58,657 nt of DNA from an uncultured Gammaproteobacteria bacterium (lineage in GTDB: Bacteria; Pseudomonadota; Gammaproteobacteria; UBA9214). The notes below the pieces were generated by a model. It was given only the letters and a program-made list of their open reading frames with translations, did not search any database and was not told the origin of the DNA. Positions 55,811 through 58,657 of the stretch are shown here, in pieces (position 1 is the stretch's first letter; every line of letters starts with the position of its first letter). Location of the stretch: contig CAWHCQ010000034.1 of the NCBI GenBank assembly GCA_963827755.1, positions 1-58,657 of the forward strand, written 5' to 3'. The translations under genes and the position numbers were made by a program.

Positions 55811-55937
55811 TCGTCACCTTCCGTCGTGGTATTTATTCCTGAGGACCTGAACAGGCCGGGTACCAAGACTAGCGTAACAGGAGCGATGTTTCTACTCCGA
55901 CCCGGTCTTCCGGGGCTGGCCGGTCTGCCGGTTGCTT

Positions 55938-56711
55938 TCAGGACGGCCTGAACAGGCGCTCGAAATTGCTGCTGGTGGCCCCGGCGATATGCTCGTAACT
56001 TTCACCACGCAGTTCAGCAATAAATTCCGCAACATGGCGCACATAGGCGGGCTGGTTCGGTTTGCCGCGATGCGGCACCGGTGCAAGGTAGGGACAATCC
56101 GTCTCGATCAGCATTCGCTCCAGCGGCATCTCCAGCGCTACTTCCTGTAACTCGCGCGCGCTCTTGAAGGTCACGATCCCGGAAAAGGATATATAGAAGT
56201 TCAGCGCCATGGCCCGCTCTGCCATATCCAGGTCGCCTGTAAAGCAGTGCATGACGCCGCCCGCCTCACTGGCATGCTCCTCATCCAGTATCTTCAGGGT
56301 GTCTTCCTTCGCATCACGCGAATGTATGATCAACGGCTTGCCGGAACGTTTCGCCGCGGCGATATGCCTGCGGAACCGTTCACGTTGCCAGTCGAGGTCG
56401 CCTTCGCTGCGAAAGTAATCGAGCCCGGTTTCACCAATGGCGACCACCTTCGAGTGCCTCGCCAGCTCAACCAGTTCATCGACCTCCGGGTCATGCCCGC
56501 CCCGCTCGTTCGGATGCAGGCCGACAGAGGCCAGCACCTGTTCATGGGACTCGGCAATCTTGAGCATCGCCGGGTAGTCTTCCATGTTGATGGAGACACA
56601 CAGGAACTGTCCAACGTCCAGCTCGTGTGCGGCCGCAAGCACGCCATCGATACTGCCGCCGAATGGCGCCAGGTCGAGCATGTCCAGGTGGCAATGTGAA
56701 TCAACAAGCAT
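55938..56711 (-). CDS. ycfH: TatD-family hydrolase (YcfH type)
   Basis: DSHCHLD, GLHP, IGETGLDY, IIHSR, VMHCF, IETDCPYLAP. Confidence 0.93.
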   Translation of the reverse strand: MLVDSHCHLDMLDLAPFGGSIDGVLAAAHELDVGQFLCVSINMEDYPAMLKIAESHEQVLASVGLHPNERGGHDPEVDELVELARHSKVVAIGETGLDYFRSEGDLDWQRERFRRHIAAAKRSGKPLIIHSRDAKEDTLKILDEEHASEAGGVMHCFTGDLDMAERAMALNFYISFSGIVTFKSARELQEVALEMPLERMLIETDCPYLAPVPHRGKPNQPAYVRHVAEFIAELRGESYEHIAGATSSNFERLFRPS

Positions 56712-56849
56712 GGAACACCCCTATTGTGTTTGAGGCGCAATGATAGAGGTTTTGGCGCACGCCGCAAAGCGCGGCATTACCAACGGGAAGATTCTACAGG
56801 CTGCAGCTGACGGGAATCAGCACGTGGTCAAGTCAGGGGCTGGTGTATT

Positions 56850-57117
56850 GATGGGTATGTCGCTTCGCTCCTTTACCCATCCTGCGAACTACCCCGCTTC
56901 CCGTAGGATGGGTAAAGCGCAGCGTACCCATCGGGCGTGCAATTGATGGGTACGTCGCTTTGCTCCTTTACCCATCCTACGGGTCGTGGCCCAAGCAGCG
57001 AAGGCACCGGCATACCCTGCTTCCCGCAGGATGGGTAAAGCGCAGCGTACCCGTCATCGGCAGGGAGAAGCAGGCTGAGAGTAGGATGGGTAAAGCGCAG
57101 CGTACCCGTCATCGGCA
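56850..57117. repeat. REP cluster, second family (GTAGGATGGGTAAAG)
   Basis: Five units: forward (GT/GC)AGGATGGGTAAAGCGCAGCGTACCC at about 56903, 57026 and 57081; inverted GATGGGTA..TCGC...CTTTACCCATCCT at about 56850 and 56945. Confidence 0.9.
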
Positions 57118-57147
57118 GGGGAATAAAGCGCCTGATCCGGACAGGCG

Positions 57148-57501
57148 CTAGAGGGTGTGTGTCGGTCGCTCGCTGTCCAGTGCGCCGGCGAGGTATCCCT
57201 CGATCTTGTTTCTTGCGGCACCGTCGTCCTGGTCACTGAACTGCACGCCGATTCCCGCTGCACGGTTTCCCTGCGCGCCCGGTGGCGTAATCCAGACAAT
57301 CTTTCCGGCCACGGGTATCTTGTCTCCTTCATCCATCAAGGTCAGCAACATGAAGACCTCTTCGCCAAGGTGGTAACCCTTCTTGGTCGGGATAAATAAT
57401 CCGCCGCCGTTGACAAAAGGCATATAGGCAGCATACAGGGCGCTTTTGTCCCTGATGGTCAAAGACAGAATACCCTGTCGTGGTGCAATACCCTCACTCA
57501 T
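57148..57501 (-). CDS. pilZ: Type IV pilus assembly protein PilZ
   Basis: GILSLTIRDKSALYAAYMPF..GGLFIPT...WITP.GAQ...GIGVQF...RPTHTL; holB-pilZ-tatD synteny. Confidence 0.95.
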   Translation of the reverse strand: MSEGIAPRQGILSLTIRDKSALYAAYMPFVNGGGLFIPTKKGYHLGEEVFMLLTLMDEGDKIPVAGKIVWITPPGAQGNRAAGIGVQFSDQDDGAARNKIEGYLAGALDSERPTHTL

Positions 57502-57538
57502 AACAATCTCACCCCTGGGTGTTTCATAAAAAGTCCTG

Positions 57539-58531
57539 CTATCCCTGGTCGGCCCATGCAAGCAGAATATCTTCCATCATCAGCTGACGATTCAGGCTGC
57601 TGCCGGCCATTCGCAACATCCTGTTGATCCTGTCCAGTTGCTCGAACATTATCTTGCAGTCGAGTCGCCCTGCAAGCGCTTCCAGGCCCTCGATAATATC
57701 CTGGCCCGGTACCCCGCCGCGCTGGCCTGTCATGCGGATTCTCAGCAGGTCCATCAGCCAGTCTCGTAACCAGCGAACGGCCTGCAGGTCTTCATCCTTG
57801 CTCCAGGCCAGTGCCACAGCCAGTGGCGCCGCCCTGCCATCCAGTATATCGACCAGCTCTGCAAAATGTTTCTGCCGGCTTTCGAGGGCATCCAGCCGGG
57901 CCAGCCTGAGGGCCTCCAGCGGCGCATTCCCGGCCAGTTGCAGGTACACCTCCGGCACCGGTGTGTCCAGCTGTGCGGCTAGCCACTCAAGCACCGGCGC
58001 CCTGTCCTGTACGCCGAGCTGGAACCGCTGGCAGCGGCTGCGCAGCGTGGCCGGTAAATGGCCCGGCTGGTCAGAAACCAGTACCAGTACTGTGTTATCG
58101 GACGGTTCCTCCAATGTCTTTAACAGGCTGTTGGCGGCGTTGATATTCATGGCATTGGCCGGCGTGATGACCGCGACCTTGTGGCCCCCGGAGTGGCTCA
58201 TCAGGGACAGGGTCCTGGCCAGCTCCCTGATCTGGTCGACAACGATCGAATCCCTCAATTTCCCCGTTTTTTCATTGATCTCGAAGCTCACATAATGGAA
58301 ATCCGGGTGCGAACCCGCCTTGAACAGCGTACAGGCCGGACAGCGGCCGCAGGGCGAGGCGTCCTGCTGCGGCTGCTCGCAGAGCAGCATTTGGGCGAGG
58401 AAATCGGCAAAACCGGCCTTGCCCATACCCGGCTGGCCGGTCAGCAACAGGGCGTGCGGAAGCCGCCCCTGGTTGATGGTCGTGGCGATTGATTGCCGGT
58501 AAGGTTCCAGCCACGGGTAAGGTATGGACAT
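57539..58531 (-). CDS. holB: DNA polymerase III subunit delta'
   Basis: YPWL, HALLL.G..G.GK, C...PCGRC.AC zinc site, HPD, VDQIR, AANSLLKTLEEP, TLRSRCQ. Confidence 0.96.
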   Translation of the reverse strand: MSIPYPWLEPYRQSIATTINQGRLPHALLLTGQPGMGKAGFADFLAQMLLCEQPQQDASPCGRCPACTLFKAGSHPDFHYVSFEINEKTGKLRDSIVVDQIRELARTLSLMSHSGGHKVAVITPANAMNINAANSLLKTLEEPSDNTVLVLVSDQPGHLPATLRSRCQRFQLGVQDRAPVLEWLAAQLDTPVPEVYLQLAGNAPLEALRLARLDALESRQKHFAELVDILDGRAAPLAVALAWSKDEDLQAVRWLRDWLMDLLRIRMTGQRGGVPGQDIIEGLEALAGRLDCKIMFEQLDRINRMLRMAGSSLNRQLMMEDILLAWADQG

Positions 58532-58657
58532 GGTTATCTGCTTATGTGGACCTGATCGTGCGGATTATACGATGGGTCACGCGAGTACTGATACAGTGAA
58601 GATTACACCGTGAGCGTGATCAGCGTGGATCCCCGCATAGCATATGGTCAGACCCTT

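Noticed and set aside
58532-58657. Absence of the usual tmk overlap upstream of holB, with a TATAAT on the minus strand at 58569-58564
   Set aside because: Only 126 nt are visible and there is no clear -35 element; too little to call a rearrangement or promoter.

Overview
GC-rich gammaproteobacterial chromosome segment (housekeeping content resembles marine Chromatiales-like or sulfur-oxidiser lineages; inference only). It contains the chromosome dimer-resolution site dif at 42909-42936, so it probably spans the replication terminus. Many genes are broken by single-base indels (metH, rnd, glpK-like, yccA, fadE, thiolase, fadD and others), which looks like uncorrected long-read error; coordinates are given for the reconstructed genes. 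Core content: metH, FIST protein, fpr, yadGH, rnd, a CCAEP-tail B12 radical SAM gene followed by hydrolase-GDPD-glpD-glpK-like genes, tRNA-Ser(TGA) with an RtT-like repeat, encapsulin-type ferritin, an Lpp/OprI-like lipoprotein between two L,D-transpeptidases, a beta-oxidation operon, egtD, tatD, pilZ, holB and REP-type repeats. Two candidate undescribed systems stand out. (1) A 13-kb five-gene DUF11 operon (28794-42052) whose motif logic suggests a covalent surface fibre built by donor-strand complementation with inter-subunit Lys-Asn isopeptide bonds: beta-barrel base, repeating shaft, tip adhesin, a catalytically dead acceptor domain and an OmpA lipoprotein, preceded by a FleQ-like box. (2) A secreted dikinase with glucan-water-dikinase-like domain order, co-transcribed with a secreted beta-lactamase-fold hydrolase and next to a HEAT-repeat protein resembling the tail of NTT-HEAT nucleotide transporters.
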